This document shows positions 45,953 through 56,115 of a DNA stretch of 64,000 bases, in pieces. This stretch comes from Candidatus Sumerlaeaceae bacterium. Its GTDB lineage: Bacteria > Sumerlaeota > Sumerlaeia > Sumerlaeales > Sumerlaeaceae. The stretch's first letter is position 1. Each line of letters starts with the position of its first letter. Location of the stretch: NCBI GenBank assembly GCA_049968255.1, contig JBMFRB010000002.1:96001-160000 (forward strand), read 5' to 3'. Under the pieces are notes generated by a model. It did not search any database, was not told where the DNA came from, and saw only the letters and a program-made list of their open reading frames with translations. A program made the position numbers and the translations under genes.

Positions 45953-47212
45953 ATGGAAAACCCGAGACAAATGCTTGTGGAAATCGGCAAAAAAGCCCGC
46001 AAGGCCGCGGCTCGGTTGGGCTGTTTATCGCCAGCTGCGAAAAATCGCGCTCTCGCGGCCATTGCGGACATGCTCGTCGCGCGGTGCGAATCCATCAAGC
46101 AGGCCAACGCTCGAGACCTGGAGGCTGGCCAAGCGAAGGGGCTTAGCGCCGCAATGTTGGATCGACTTATGCTCGACGATAAGCGCATCCTGGCTATGGC
46201 CGCGGCTTTACAACAAGTTGCGCAGCTGGAGGACCCTGTTGGCGAAATCTATGATATGCATGTTCGCCCTAACGGCTTGCGAGTCGGGCGGATGCGAGTA
46301 CCCATCGGTGTGATCGGCATTATTTATGAGTCGCGCCCCAACGTTACCGTCGATGCGGGGGCCCTGTGTATAAAAAGTGGCAACGCCGTGATCCTGCGCG
46401 GGGGAAGTGAGGCATTCCACTCGAATCAAGCACTGGCCGCGATCATGGACGATGCGGCACAATCGGCCGGATTGCCGGAGGGCTCGGTTCAGCTCGTGCC
46501 CACAACGGATCGCGCCGCCGTCGAGGCAATGCTCACACTCAGCGAGTTTATCGATCTCATCATTCCCCGCGGTGGCAGGTCGCTTATCGAGCTTGTCGTT
46601 CGTATGTCCACGATCCCAGTGATAAAGCATTACGACGGCAACTGCCACATCTTCGTGGATGAGTCGGCCGATTTTGAAATGGCGGAGCGCATTATTCTCA
46701 ATGCCAAATGCCAGCGCCCTGGCGTCTGCAACGCTATGGAATCACTCCTTGTGCACGAGAGCATCGCCGCCGCGTTTCTCCCACGGATTTGCCAGGCTTT
46801 AGTAGCAAATGGCGTCGAAATACGTGGAGACGCGAAGACCTGTGACCTAATGCCCGGTGTCAAACTTGCTACGGAAGAAGATTACCGCACCGAGTTTCTC
46901 GATTTGATCCTCAGTGTGGCGGTCGTGCCATCGCTGGACGCGGCAATTGCGTGGATCAATGAATACGGCTCGCACCACACCGACGCGATTCTCACGCGCA
47001 ATCATCGCAACGCCATGCGTTTCCTGAGCGAGGTGGATTCTGCGTGCGTGTTTGTGAATTGTTCGACACGCTTTTCCGACGGCGGAGAGTTCGGAATGGG
47101 TTGCGAAATCGGTATCAGCACGGATAAACTCCATGCGCGTGGCCCCATGGGACTGCGCGAGCTGACAACCAGCAAATTTGTCGTTTTCGGCGATGGCCAA
47201 GTGCGCAACTGA
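45953..47212 (+). CDS. proA: gamma-glutamyl phosphate reductase
   Basis: IYESRPNVT, LRGGSEA, IPRGG, CNAME, STRFSDG, ISTDKLHARGPMGL. Confidence 0.97.
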   Translation: MENPRQMLVEIGKKARKAAARLGCLSPAAKNRALAAIADMLVARCESIKQANARDLEAGQAKGLSAAMLDRLMLDDKRILAMAAALQQVAQLEDPVGEIYDMHVRPNGLRVGRMRVPIGVIGIIYESRPNVTVDAGALCIKSGNAVILRGGSEAFHSNQALAAIMDDAAQSAGLPEGSVQLVPTTDRAAVEAMLTLSEFIDLIIPRGGRSLIELVVRMSTIPVIKHYDGNCHIFVDESADFEMAERIILNAKCQRPGVCNAMESLLVHESIAAAFLPRICQALVANGVEIRGDAKTCDLMPGVKLATEEDYRTEFLDLILSVAVVPSLDAAIAWINEYGSHHTDAILTRNHRNAMRFLSEVDSACVFVNCSTRFSDGGEFGMGCEIGISTDKLHARGPMGLRELTTSKFVVFGDGQVRN

Positions 47213-47235
47213 TACTTATACTGAGGTGAAAAATC

Positions 47236-47727
47236 ATGGGCGAGAACGACACGCTCACACCAACAGGTGATAGCCAGGCTTTTCGATTTCCGTACAACAC
47301 GGTGGAAGAGTATCTTGAAGCGGCGGAATCGGCGGCCGACACAAGCGAGCTTGAGCAGGCTGTCGAGATCTTGCGTGAAGCCGTTGCCCGCTTCCCTGAC
47401 TCACCTGAAGCGCAGTACGATCTCGGAGTCGCCCTTTTTATGCTCCTCGAAGCGCGTCTCTCACATTTAGAAATCTGGGAAAATCTTGCAGAAGAAGAGG
47501 AGCTTGCCGAAGAGTGCGTCGCAGCATTTGAAGCGGCGATCGAGAAGAAGCCGGACTTCGCGCCAGCTTACACAAATCTTGCTAATTTATTAGCATTGCG
47601 AGGCAGTCGAGCTAAAGCCGTTGAATTGTGGCAGCGCTCGTTGGAACTTGATCCGAACCAGCCTACTGTGGTGGAAAACCTCCAGCGATACCGGGAAGAG
47701 TTAGGCGATCAAGAAACGACTGAGTAA
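47236..47727 (+). CDS. tetratricopeptide-repeat protein
   Basis: PDSPEAQYDLG, PDFAPAYTNLA, SLELDPNQ. Confidence 0.85.
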   Translation: MGENDTLTPTGDSQAFRFPYNTVEEYLEAAESAADTSELEQAVEILREAVARFPDSPEAQYDLGVALFMLLEARLSHLEIWENLAEEEELAEECVAAFEAAIEKKPDFAPAYTNLANLLALRGSRAKAVELWQRSLELDPNQPTVVENLQRYREELGDQETTE

Positions 47728-47734
47728 TGAGACC

Positions 47735-48949
47735 TTGGCACGTGAGCCAGAGACCATTGGCATGCCGGATTTGGACGTGGGATCAGGGCCCGCTAAGGGA
47801 TGTCCACACCAGCGCTGGACGATCCTGTGTCTGTCGCATTTAGCGCTCGACTTCACACTGTTTCAACGCCCCCAGCAGCTCATGCAGCAGTTCGCCGCTC
47901 GTGGCCACGAAGTTTTCTATGCGGGTTGCCTGGGGTGGAAGCAAGCCATGCGCCAGTGGCTACGTGGGCAAGGCTGCGGTGTCTTTCGTGACGTCTTATA
48001 CGTGACACATCCTTATTCGCCTTTTGGCGGCGCGCTTCGTTCGCTTTCAGCGGTCCATTTGAAACGATGGGGCAAGCGTAAGCTCCACGCGAAGTCTGGC
48101 CAACATCATGGGGAGCTTCGCATTGTCTGGCTTTACCATCCTGATTTTGCAGCGATTGCGGACGAGCTCGCACCAGACCTCGTGGTTTATGACGTTATGG
48201 ATCGTTTTCGTTCTTTTCGAGCTTCGCCTGCAGATTTGTGGGAGGTCGAATGCATCGCGTACGAGCGAGCAGACCTTATATTCGCTGGCGGACACTCGCT
48301 CGCAAAAGCTGCTCAGCAGGATCTGGAGCGTTTGGGCATTTGCAAAGCGGTGCATTGTTACCCGAGTGGAGTGGATTTACCCCACTTTGAACAAGCGCTC
48401 GCACCAGAGACTAAAATTGCGCACGAGCTGATGGCGTTAGCGCATCCCATTGTTGGGTATTTTGGCGCGGTGGACGAGCGTCTTGACTTAGGATTAGTTG
48501 CTGAAGCTGCGCGGTTGCAGCCAAGTTGGAGCTTTGTTCTCATAGGTCCGATACTCGGTGAGGTCCCGAGCATGCCGCACAACGTGCATTTTTTTGGTGC
48601 GCGGCCTTACGCTGACTTGCCGCAGTATCTGAAAGGTTTTGACGTCTGCTTGCTGCCTTTTCGGCAAAGTGAACTTGTGGCGCATGTCAGTCCGACAAAA
48701 ACTCCGGAGTATCTTGCCGGCGGCAAGCCTGTGATCTCCACGCCCATACCCGACGTGGTTCGCGATTACGGCGACGTTCTTGCAATTGTGGAGAACGCGC
48801 AGGAACTTGTCGCGGCAACGGAAAGTTTTCTCGGCAGCCAATATTCGCCCGCCGATTGGCACGACGTAGCTCGAACCCGCGGTCGCACTTGGGAAGAAAT
48901 TGCTGCTGAGATGGAATCAAAAGTGTCGGAGAAAATGCACAGAAGCTAA
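47735..48949 (+). CDS. GT-B glycosyltransferase (TuaH-like)
   Basis: QRPQQL, YDVMD, GYFGAVDERLD, FDVCLLPF, PTKTPEYLAGGKPVIST. Start may be 47762. Confidence 0.88.
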   Translation: MAREPETIGMPDLDVGSGPAKGCPHQRWTILCLSHLALDFTLFQRPQQLMQQFAARGHEVFYAGCLGWKQAMRQWLRGQGCGVFRDVLYVTHPYSPFGGALRSLSAVHLKRWGKRKLHAKSGQHHGELRIVWLYHPDFAAIADELAPDLVVYDVMDRFRSFRASPADLWEVECIAYERADLIFAGGHSLAKAAQQDLERLGICKAVHCYPSGVDLPHFEQALAPETKIAHELMALAHPIVGYFGAVDERLDLGLVAEAARLQPSWSFVLIGPILGEVPSMPHNVHFFGARPYADLPQYLKGFDVCLLPFRQSELVAHVSPTKTPEYLAGGKPVISTPIPDVVRDYGDVLAIVENAQELVAATESFLGSQYSPADWHDVARTRGRTWEEIAAEMESKVSEKMHRS

Positions 48950-48998
48950 GGAAAGGTCTTGTTGACTAAGCAGGCGGACGCGCAAGGATAGGTTTGCA

Positions 48999-50150
48999 AT
49001 GGCGCAGAAACTTCGTACTATTCTTTATTCCCGTCATAAATTGCTTGGCGCAGCCATGACGGACTTTGCTGGATGGGAAATGCCTCTCTACTATTCCGGC
49101 ATTACAGAGGAGCACTGCCACACACGGTCCAAGGTCGGCCTGTTTGACCTGAGTCACATGGGTCGTTTCATTATTCGGGGAAGTGCTTTTCGGGAGTTTC
49201 TCGATTGGGTCACTCCCGCACCGATTGCCCTCGCCCAAGCTGGCAAAGTGCTGTATTCGTTTTTTCTAAATGAAAGAGGTGGAGTGATCGACGACATCAC
49301 TATCTACATGGGCACTGACTGCGCCATGTTGGTGGTGAATGCTGCGAATCGACAAAAGGATTACCTGTGGCTGATGCAACGTGCTGCTGAATTCACTGGC
49401 GTGGAGATTGAAGATCACTCTGAGCATTTGGCCATGATTGCTGTCCAGGGCCCCTTGGCTGACCGAGCTATGGAGTATCTCTTTGGCTCAGCTTTTTGCT
49501 CCTGCGCATATTATTCATTCCAAGAGTTAGCCGTGTCGCAACTACCCGTCCCGCTGGGGCCCATGGAATCCTCGACCAATGAGAGCCTGGTGCTGATCTA
49601 TTCTGCGACGGGTTATACGGGCGAGCTCGGGTACGAGATTTATGCTCATGCAGCAGTGATCGAAGCTTTATGGGACAAATTGATCGCAAACGCAACCGAC
49701 CTGGAGCTCAAACCGATCGGCCTTGGCGCACGCGATTCGCTTAGATTAGAAGCAGCCATGCCGCTCTACGGCCACGAGCTCACAGACGAGATTTTGCCCT
49801 TGGAGGCAGGACTTAGCCGGTTTGTCGATTTCTCGAAGCCAACGAGTTTCATTGGTCGAGAGGCTTTGGAGACACAACGCGAGCAAGGTGTGAGCCGAAA
49901 GCTTGTTGGGCTGGAAATGTCAGGCAGGGGAGCGATTCCGCGGCACGGCTGTGCTGTGAAGAACTCAGCCAACGAAATCATTGGCACAGTGACCAGTGGA
50001 GGCTATTCGCCGACTCTGGAAAAAAACATTGCGTTGGCTTATGTGGCGACCAGCCACACGGCCCCAGGCACATCGCTGCAAGTGGAAATTCGCGGTCGCC
50101 TCTGGCCTGCAACAGTTGTCAAAAAACCATTCTACAAAAGGAGTCGCTGA
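48999..50150 (+). CDS. gcvT: glycine cleavage system T protein
   Basis: FAGWEMP, FDLSHMG, GYTGELGYE, GLGARDSLRLEA. Confidence 0.97.
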   Translation: MAQKLRTILYSRHKLLGAAMTDFAGWEMPLYYSGITEEHCHTRSKVGLFDLSHMGRFIIRGSAFREFLDWVTPAPIALAQAGKVLYSFFLNERGGVIDDITIYMGTDCAMLVVNAANRQKDYLWLMQRAAEFTGVEIEDHSEHLAMIAVQGPLADRAMEYLFGSAFCSCAYYSFQELAVSQLPVPLGPMESSTNESLVLIYSATGYTGELGYEIYAHAAVIEALWDKLIANATDLELKPIGLGARDSLRLEAAMPLYGHELTDEILPLEAGLSRFVDFSKPTSFIGREALETQREQGVSRKLVGLEMSGRGAIPRHGCAVKNSANEIIGTVTSGGYSPTLEKNIALAYVATSHTAPGTSLQVEIRGRLWPATVVKKPFYKRSR

Positions 50151-50152
50151 GA

Positions 50153-50545
50153 GTGTCTTGCCAAGAAATCCGCTTCTCCAAAACGCACGAGTGGGCGCGC
50201 GCCGACGGTGAATTGGCCACGATTGGCATCACGGACTACGCGGTGGAACAGCTCAACAAGGAAATAGTTTACGTTGAGCTTCCCCCCCTTGGAAAAACCG
50301 TCAAGCAAGGCGAAACGTTCGGAGTTGTGGAAGCCGTAAAAACCGCCGCAGATCTCTACGCGCCACTGTCAGGAACAGTCGAGGAGGTCAATTCGACGAT
50401 TTCAGAAGATCCGTCTCCTCTATGTCAGGATCCGCAAGGCGAAGGATGGTTGATCAAAATCCGCCCAGCCGATCCTGCAGAGTGGGGACGTTTGATGAAT
50501 GCCGATGACTACAAGAAGTTCGTGGAGGAAGAAGGGCACCATTGA
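50153..50545 (+). CDS. gcvH: glycine cleavage system H protein
   Basis: HEW, GITDYA, EAVKT (lipoyl lysine), GWL. Confidence 0.96.
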   Translation: MSCQEIRFSKTHEWARADGELATIGITDYAVEQLNKEIVYVELPPLGKTVKQGETFGVVEAVKTAADLYAPLSGTVEEVNSTISEDPSPLCQDPQGEGWLIKIRPADPAEWGRLMNADDYKKFVEEEGHH

Positions 50546-51903
50546 GCCGAAATCCGTACGTCCAAACCACACCGACGCAAGAGCGCGAGATGCTTGCAGC
50601 CGTCGGGGCCGAAAGCATTGATGCGCTGTTTGAAGAGCAGGTGCCATCCCCATTGTTACGCGATGAGTGGCCCCCGCTGACTCAGCCAATGGCCGAGCTA
50701 GACCTCTTGTCCCGCGTGCGCGAGCTTGCTTCGTCATGCCTGATCACCACTGAGCGTGTGTCGTTCCTTGGCGGTGGGTGCTATGACCATTTCATTCCTG
50801 CGGCACTCGACTCCCTCGCCAGTCGCAGTGAGTTCGTCACAGCCTACACTCCGTATCAGCCAGAGGCCAGCCAAGGGACGCTCCAGGCATTTTTTGAGTA
50901 CCAGACGCTCATCGCGCGACTCTATGCCATGGATGCATCGAATGCTTCGCTTTATGATGGGGCGTCAGCCCTGGGGGAAGCGGTGTTTCTCGCCCTTGCT
51001 GCGCAACCCGACAAACGACGCATCGTTCTGCCTTTTGCCTTACATCCCCAATACCGTCAGGTACTGAAAAGCTACGTTGCGCATCTTGACGTCGAAGTCG
51101 TTGAGTTGCCGGCAAAGAACGGCGTAACGGATCCCGACGCGCTGGAGAAGGCCGGAGCACTCAGGCCGGCTGCGTTGGTTGCCATGCAGCCCAATTATTT
51201 TGGGTGCCTTGAAGATGTTGAGCTATTCCGAAAAGTTGCAACGCAAAGTGGCGCACTGCTCATTGCCGTTGCGGATCCTTTCTCGTTGGGCCTTCTTGCG
51301 CCACCGGGTGATTACGGCGCCGATATTGCCGTAGGGGAAGGTCAACCACTTGGATTGCGCCAGTACTGGGGTGGAGAGACGCTTGGCATTTTTACCTGCC
51401 GCAAAGATTTCGTCCGTCGGATGCCTGGGCGACTCGTGGGCCTAACGCGGGATAGAAACGGCAAACGCGGATACGTTTTGACTCTTCAGACTCGTGAGCA
51501 ACACATTCGCCGCGATAAAGCCACATCTAACATCTGCACAAATCACGCGCTCAATGCGTTGCGTGCAGCAATCTATCTGTCCCTGATTGGTCCCACGGGG
51601 CTACGGCGTCTGGCGCGCCAATGCGCCAGAAACCTCGCCTATTTCCGCAAGTGTCTGAGTCTCCGCTCGCCAGCGGCCGTGGCATTTCCCGGCCCCGCCT
51701 TCCGCGAAACGGTCGTGCGACTAAAAACCGATGCGCGTGAGGCTCTGCCCCGCCTTCTCGAACGCGGTTTTTTCGGTGGAGTGCCTCTCACTTCCCTCGG
51801 AACGGAGTTCTCGAACTTATTGCTGGTGGCTGTGACCGAGAAGAGAACGGATGCGGAAATAGAATCGTTTGTTACAGCACTCGCTGAAGAAAAGCTTGTA
51901 TAA
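50542..51903 (+). CDS. gcvPA: glycine dehydrogenase subunit 1
   Basis: TAYTPYQPEASQG, NASLYDG, REQHIRRDKATSNICTN. Confidence 0.97.
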   Translation: MSRNPYVQTTPTQEREMLAAVGAESIDALFEEQVPSPLLRDEWPPLTQPMAELDLLSRVRELASSCLITTERVSFLGGGCYDHFIPAALDSLASRSEFVTAYTPYQPEASQGTLQAFFEYQTLIARLYAMDASNASLYDGASALGEAVFLALAAQPDKRRIVLPFALHPQYRQVLKSYVAHLDVEVVELPAKNGVTDPDALEKAGALRPAALVAMQPNYFGCLEDVELFRKVATQSGALLIAVADPFSLGLLAPPGDYGADIAVGEGQPLGLRQYWGGETLGIFTCRKDFVRRMPGRLVGLTRDRNGKRGYVLTLQTREQHIRRDKATSNICTNHALNALRAAIYLSLIGPTGLRRLARQCARNLAYFRKCLSLRSPAAVAFPGPAFRETVVRLKTDAREALPRLLERGFFGGVPLTSLGTEFSNLLLVAVTEKRTDAEIESFVTALAEEKLV

Positions 51904-51923
51904 AGTCACAACGAGGGTGTGTT

Positions 51924-53396
51924 ATGACGACAGGGATTGGGCACCCAGAGGTGCCAACGCTTTTTGAGGAATCGGTAGCTGGTCGCCAGGGAATCTCGCT
52001 ACCCGACGAAGCCTCAGACACAGAGGAACTCCTTGCTGCCCTCATTCCATCCTCCTATGTGCGAAAATCCCGCCTGTCTTTGCCTGAGCTGAGCGAGTTC
52101 CAAGTGGTGCGTCACTTTACGCGTCTGTCGCAGCGCACGTTTAGTGTGGACAGCACTTTTTATCCACTGGGTTCTTGCACGATGAAATACAACCCAAAGG
52201 TGAATGAGGTTGTTGCTGCCAACGAAGCGTTTACTGCTGCGCACCCTTACCAGCCGGACGAGACTCTCCAAGGGCTCCTGGCAATTTATTATCAGTTGAG
52301 CGAATGGTTGGGCGTGCTAACAGGTTTACCCGGTGTGTCGCTCCAACCCGCTGCCGGCGCGCACGGTGAGTTCACAGCGCTCCTTGTGGCGAAAGCTTAT
52401 TTTAGTGATCTTGGGGAAACTCAACGCACTCAGGTTCTGGTTCCAGATACGGCCCACGGGACAAACCCGGCCTCGGCGGCGCGCTGCGGCATGGAACCTA
52501 TCGCACTGAAATCCAAGGACGGCCGGTTAGACCCGTGCGCGCTCAAACAAGTCCTGTCTGATCGCACCGCCTGTCTCATGATCACGAACCCTAATACCCT
52601 GGGGCTTTTCGAGTCCGAGATCATGGAGATTAGTGCGCTCGTGCACGAGGCCGGTGCTCTGGTTTATCTTGATGGGGCGAATTTCAACGCATTGGTCGGG
52701 CGTGTGCGACCAGCAGATTTTGGGGCTGATCTTATGCACATCAATCTTCACAAGACGTTTTCCGTTCCACACGGCAGTGGGGGGCCAGGATCGGGGCCGA
52801 TCTGCGTTCGCGAAAACTTAGCACCTTTTCTCCCCGTTCCGGTTGTTGTCAAACGCGATGACCGCTATGTTCTACGCTGGGAGCAGCCGAAATCCATTGG
52901 AATGGTTCGCACGTTTTTTGGAAATGTTCCGGGAATTGTGCGCGCCTGGGCTTACATCGCACAGCTCGGGTTCGAAGGGCTTCGTGATGTCAGCGGGCAT
53001 GCCGTGTTGAATGCCAATTACCTCCTCAAGCTCCTGGCCGACCGCTTCGACGTGCCGTATGGTCCCCGCTGTATGCACGAGTTCGTGATCGATGGCACAC
53101 GACAGAAAAAATGCGGAGTGAAAGCTCTCGATATCGCAAAGAAGCTTCTCGACTATGGTTTCCATCCACCGACGACTTACTTCCCGCTCATTGTGCCAGA
53201 GGCGCTGATGATTGAGCCAACGGAAACAGAAAATAAAGAAACGCTGGAGGCTTTTGCTTGCGCGATGCTTGATATTGCCAAACTTGCAGAACAAGATCCG
53301 GTAGCCGTGACCAACGCTCCCGAAAGCACCCCAGTGAGCCGGCTCGACGAGCTGTCTGCGGCGCGCAATCCGGTGGTCGTGTGGCCCGAGGCCTAA
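51924..53396 (+). CDS. gcvPB: glycine dehydrogenase subunit 2
   Basis: PLGSCTMKYNP, AGAHGE, HGTNPASA, NLHKTF (PLP lysine), EPTE. Confidence 0.97.
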   Translation: MTTGIGHPEVPTLFEESVAGRQGISLPDEASDTEELLAALIPSSYVRKSRLSLPELSEFQVVRHFTRLSQRTFSVDSTFYPLGSCTMKYNPKVNEVVAANEAFTAAHPYQPDETLQGLLAIYYQLSEWLGVLTGLPGVSLQPAAGAHGEFTALLVAKAYFSDLGETQRTQVLVPDTAHGTNPASAARCGMEPIALKSKDGRLDPCALKQVLSDRTACLMITNPNTLGLFESEIMEISALVHEAGALVYLDGANFNALVGRVRPADFGADLMHINLHKTFSVPHGSGGPGSGPICVRENLAPFLPVPVVVKRDDRYVLRWEQPKSIGMVRTFFGNVPGIVRAWAYIAQLGFEGLRDVSGHAVLNANYLLKLLADRFDVPYGPRCMHEFVIDGTRQKKCGVKALDIAKKLLDYGFHPPTTYFPLIVPEALMIEPTETENKETLEAFACAMLDIAKLAEQDPVAVTNAPESTPVSRLDELSAARNPVVVWPEA

Positions 53397-53458
53397 GTTT
53401 CTTCTCGGTGCCACGAGGCGGCTGTGATCACTTGCAGGAGAGGATGTGAGGTTGCCGT

Positions 53459-55651
53459 ATGAGGGCGCATTACGTGTCTCGAACAGTGATAGGACTGTTG
53501 AGCCTGTTCTTAGTCTCGGCTTCGTTTGCCGCCGTACCCACGAAACCATTTTGGTTCGTGCAGATCACCGACACGCACATAGGTGTCAGCGGTGCAGATG
53601 AAAAGCTTAGCGCGACTTTGCTGGACATCAAGCGCAATTTCCCGGCAACGGAGTTCGTCGTGAACACAGGCGACCTCACGGAAATGGGCAGCGAGGACCA
53701 ACTTACCACGTACGTGCAACTCATTAAGTCATGGCCGTTTCCGGTCTATAACACAGTGGGAAATCATGACGCTCGTTGGTCGCCGAGTGGAAAAGAAAAG
53801 TTTCGAGAACTTGTGGGGCCGACCCGCTTCACTTTCGAGCATAGGGGAGTGCGTTTTTTCTTTTTAGATGTCTCCGTCGTTGCCGAGCATCACGGCCATT
53901 TCAACGCCGATGACCTGCAATGGCTTGACGAGGAACTTGCAAAATTGCCGCCAGAAGCTCCGGCAGTGATCTGTGTGCACCATCCGCCGCTCTTCCCGGG
54001 TTCAACAATAGATAACGACACCGAGTTCGGGAAAATTATCGCCCGTCACAATGTGCCCCTGGTTCTGGTCGGCCATGGCCACACGTTTCATCGGTATACC
54101 TTGAACGGCACGACCTTTGCGATGGGCGGCTCTACCTCCTACGCGAAGCGAATCGGTCAGCCATGCTACCGCGCGTACTATGTGGACATGACCGGATTCC
54201 TGCCTTATTTGCGAGTTGTCTCGCGCGATGTCACGACCTCCGAAAGTCTCATCCCAATTCAAAAGCCAAGTGATCCCTATGGAGAACTCGTTGTCAAACA
54301 ACCGGAAATCGGGTCGCGAAAGGAAGTTTATCTCGATTGCAGGATCACATCGACGGCCAAGGCGCGTCTCACAACAGGGACATACGAACTCGACAAAGCT
54401 TATCGTGGAGTTTATCATTTCCTGCGGGATGGACGTTTCCGCATACGTGTTTCTTCTCTTGCTCCCGGGGCTCACCGCCTGACTGTGACCTTTGTGGACG
54501 ACAAGATGAGCACCTACTCACGTTCGACCCTGTTCAACGTCGCTCCTCCGAGAACTGCCGACAGTCCGCGCTTTCTAAGAAAATTCGAAATGCCATCCAC
54601 TATCCAATCGAGCCCCGCTGTTCACAAGAATCTCATGTACGTTGGCTGCAACGATGGCACTCTCCGGGCGTTCGATTTATTGTCTGGTAGCACTTTTTGG
54701 CAGAGAAAGCTAGGCGCCGAGATCATTTCTACCCCTGCGGTGACAGACAACTTGCTTGTTGTTGGCTGCAGTAACAGTCTCGTGTACTGCTTTGATGCGT
54801 ACACAGGCGTGCCGCGCTGGGAGTTTCGCACGAACGGTGCAGTGCTTGCTTCCCCACGGATTGCGGACGATACGGTCTACGTTGGCTCGGGTGACGGTTA
54901 CATGTACGCGCTTGACCTCGAAACAGGCCGACTGCGTTGGAAATTTGCGGCGGAAAACATGATCAAGTGCCGCCCTGCTCTCGCACGCGACAATCTTTTC
55001 TTTGGTGCGTGGGACAATTGGTTTTACAATGTGGACGCTCAATCTGGCCAGCTTGTCTGGAAGGTGCCTGTCTCTGTGACAAGGCAGTTTTCTGCGGCAA
55101 CGGCAAATCCAGCCACGACCGGTACCCGAGTTCTTTTCACATCCCATGACTATTGCGTGCGATGCCTGGACCAGAAAACCGGATCGCATTTATGGATGTA
55201 TCGCCCACAGCCTGATGAGCTTGGTCCGAGTTATTCCTCCTTTGTTTTTTATCAAAACGTTGCTTATTCAGGTTCGATTGCAGGCAGCATAGTTGGATTT
55301 GATTTGCTAAGCGGCAAGAAAGTTGCGGATATTCCTGTGCGCGTGGGTATTCCTGACGAGCTATTCGACTCTGCGCCCGTTCTTGACGGTCATTTTCTTT
55401 ACGTCGGCTCAACCGGAGGAAATGTTTACTGCGTGGATCTCGCAGCAAACAAAGTACGTTGGTCATTTTCACTCCAGCCAGGGTTTATCTTTTCCGCGCC
55501 CGCATTGTGGGGAGATCGCCTCTTCGTGGCCTCGATGACTGGAACAATTTACGAAATTTCCCGGCCGGAAGCATCTGGCAAGCTTCCTTTCGAGATTGAG
55601 AAGCCAATCGTTCCTCTTGCGACACATGAGTTAGGAAGCAGGTCGTGGTGA
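53459..55651 (+). CDS. exported calcineurin-like metallophosphoesterase fused to a PQQ/BamB-type beta-propeller
   Basis: Signal peptide; DTH, GD, GNHD, HH and GHGH motifs; repeated SxP...YVGS.DG..YALD..TG..RW. Confidence 0.9.
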   Translation: MRAHYVSRTVIGLLSLFLVSASFAAVPTKPFWFVQITDTHIGVSGADEKLSATLLDIKRNFPATEFVVNTGDLTEMGSEDQLTTYVQLIKSWPFPVYNTVGNHDARWSPSGKEKFRELVGPTRFTFEHRGVRFFFLDVSVVAEHHGHFNADDLQWLDEELAKLPPEAPAVICVHHPPLFPGSTIDNDTEFGKIIARHNVPLVLVGHGHTFHRYTLNGTTFAMGGSTSYAKRIGQPCYRAYYVDMTGFLPYLRVVSRDVTTSESLIPIQKPSDPYGELVVKQPEIGSRKEVYLDCRITSTAKARLTTGTYELDKAYRGVYHFLRDGRFRIRVSSLAPGAHRLTVTFVDDKMSTYSRSTLFNVAPPRTADSPRFLRKFEMPSTIQSSPAVHKNLMYVGCNDGTLRAFDLLSGSTFWQRKLGAEIISTPAVTDNLLVVGCSNSLVYCFDAYTGVPRWEFRTNGAVLASPRIADDTVYVGSGDGYMYALDLETGRLRWKFAAENMIKCRPALARDNLFFGAWDNWFYNVDAQSGQLVWKVPVSVTRQFSAATANPATTGTRVLFTSHDYCVRCLDQKTGSHLWMYRPQPDELGPSYSSFVFYQNVAYSGSIAGSIVGFDLLSGKKVADIPVRVGIPDELFDSAPVLDGHFLYVGSTGGNVYCVDLAANKVRWSFSLQPGFIFSAPALWGDRLFVASMTGTIYEISRPEASGKLPFEIEKPIVPLATHELGSRSW

Positions 55652-56115
55652 CTTTGGATGGGTCCAGAATTCTTGCCCTCGACTTAGGGGATCGGCGGAT
55701 CGGTGTGGCGATTAGCGATGAACTTGGCATGCTCGCCCGTCCGCTGGAAGTCATTGATCGGCGTAAATCAGATGCCATCGCGCGGGTGTGCGAGCTCACG
55801 AAGAAGCATGGCGTGAGGAGCATTGTGGTGGGACTTCCCCTCAACATGGATGGCACGGAAGGGCGCCAGGCGAAACAGTGTCGGGAGTTTGTCGCTGTGC
55901 TCGAACAGCGCATGACAGGCCTTGCGATAGTGTGGTGGGATGAGCGCCTCACCACGCGTGCGGCGCATAATCTAACATTAGAAACTCGCTCGAAAAAACA
56001 GCGGCGCAATCAGTCGCTGGATGCTACCAGCGCATGCTTTATCCTGCAGGGCTATCTCGACTCCCAGAAGGCTTCGCAGACGAAGCAGGGTAGGGGCGGG
56101 GAGTCCTCGGGATGA
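55648..56115 (+). CDS. ruvX: YqgF/RuvX family (pre-16S rRNA nuclease / Holliday junction resolvase-like)
   Basis: LALDLGDRRIGVA, VVGLPLNMDG, DERLTT, ILQGYLD; GTGA overlap with the upstream stop. Confidence 0.93.
   Translation: MTLDGSRILALDLGDRRIGVAISDELGMLARPLEVIDRRKSDAIARVCELTKKHGVRSIVVGLPLNMDGTEGRQAKQCREFVAVLEQRMTGLAIVWWDERLTTRAAHNLTLETRSKKQRRNQSLDATSACFILQGYLDSQKASQTKQGRGGESSG

Noticed and set aside
48950-48998. glycine riboswitch upstream of gcvT
   Set aside because: The intergenic gap is only 49 nt and has no aptamer motifs.
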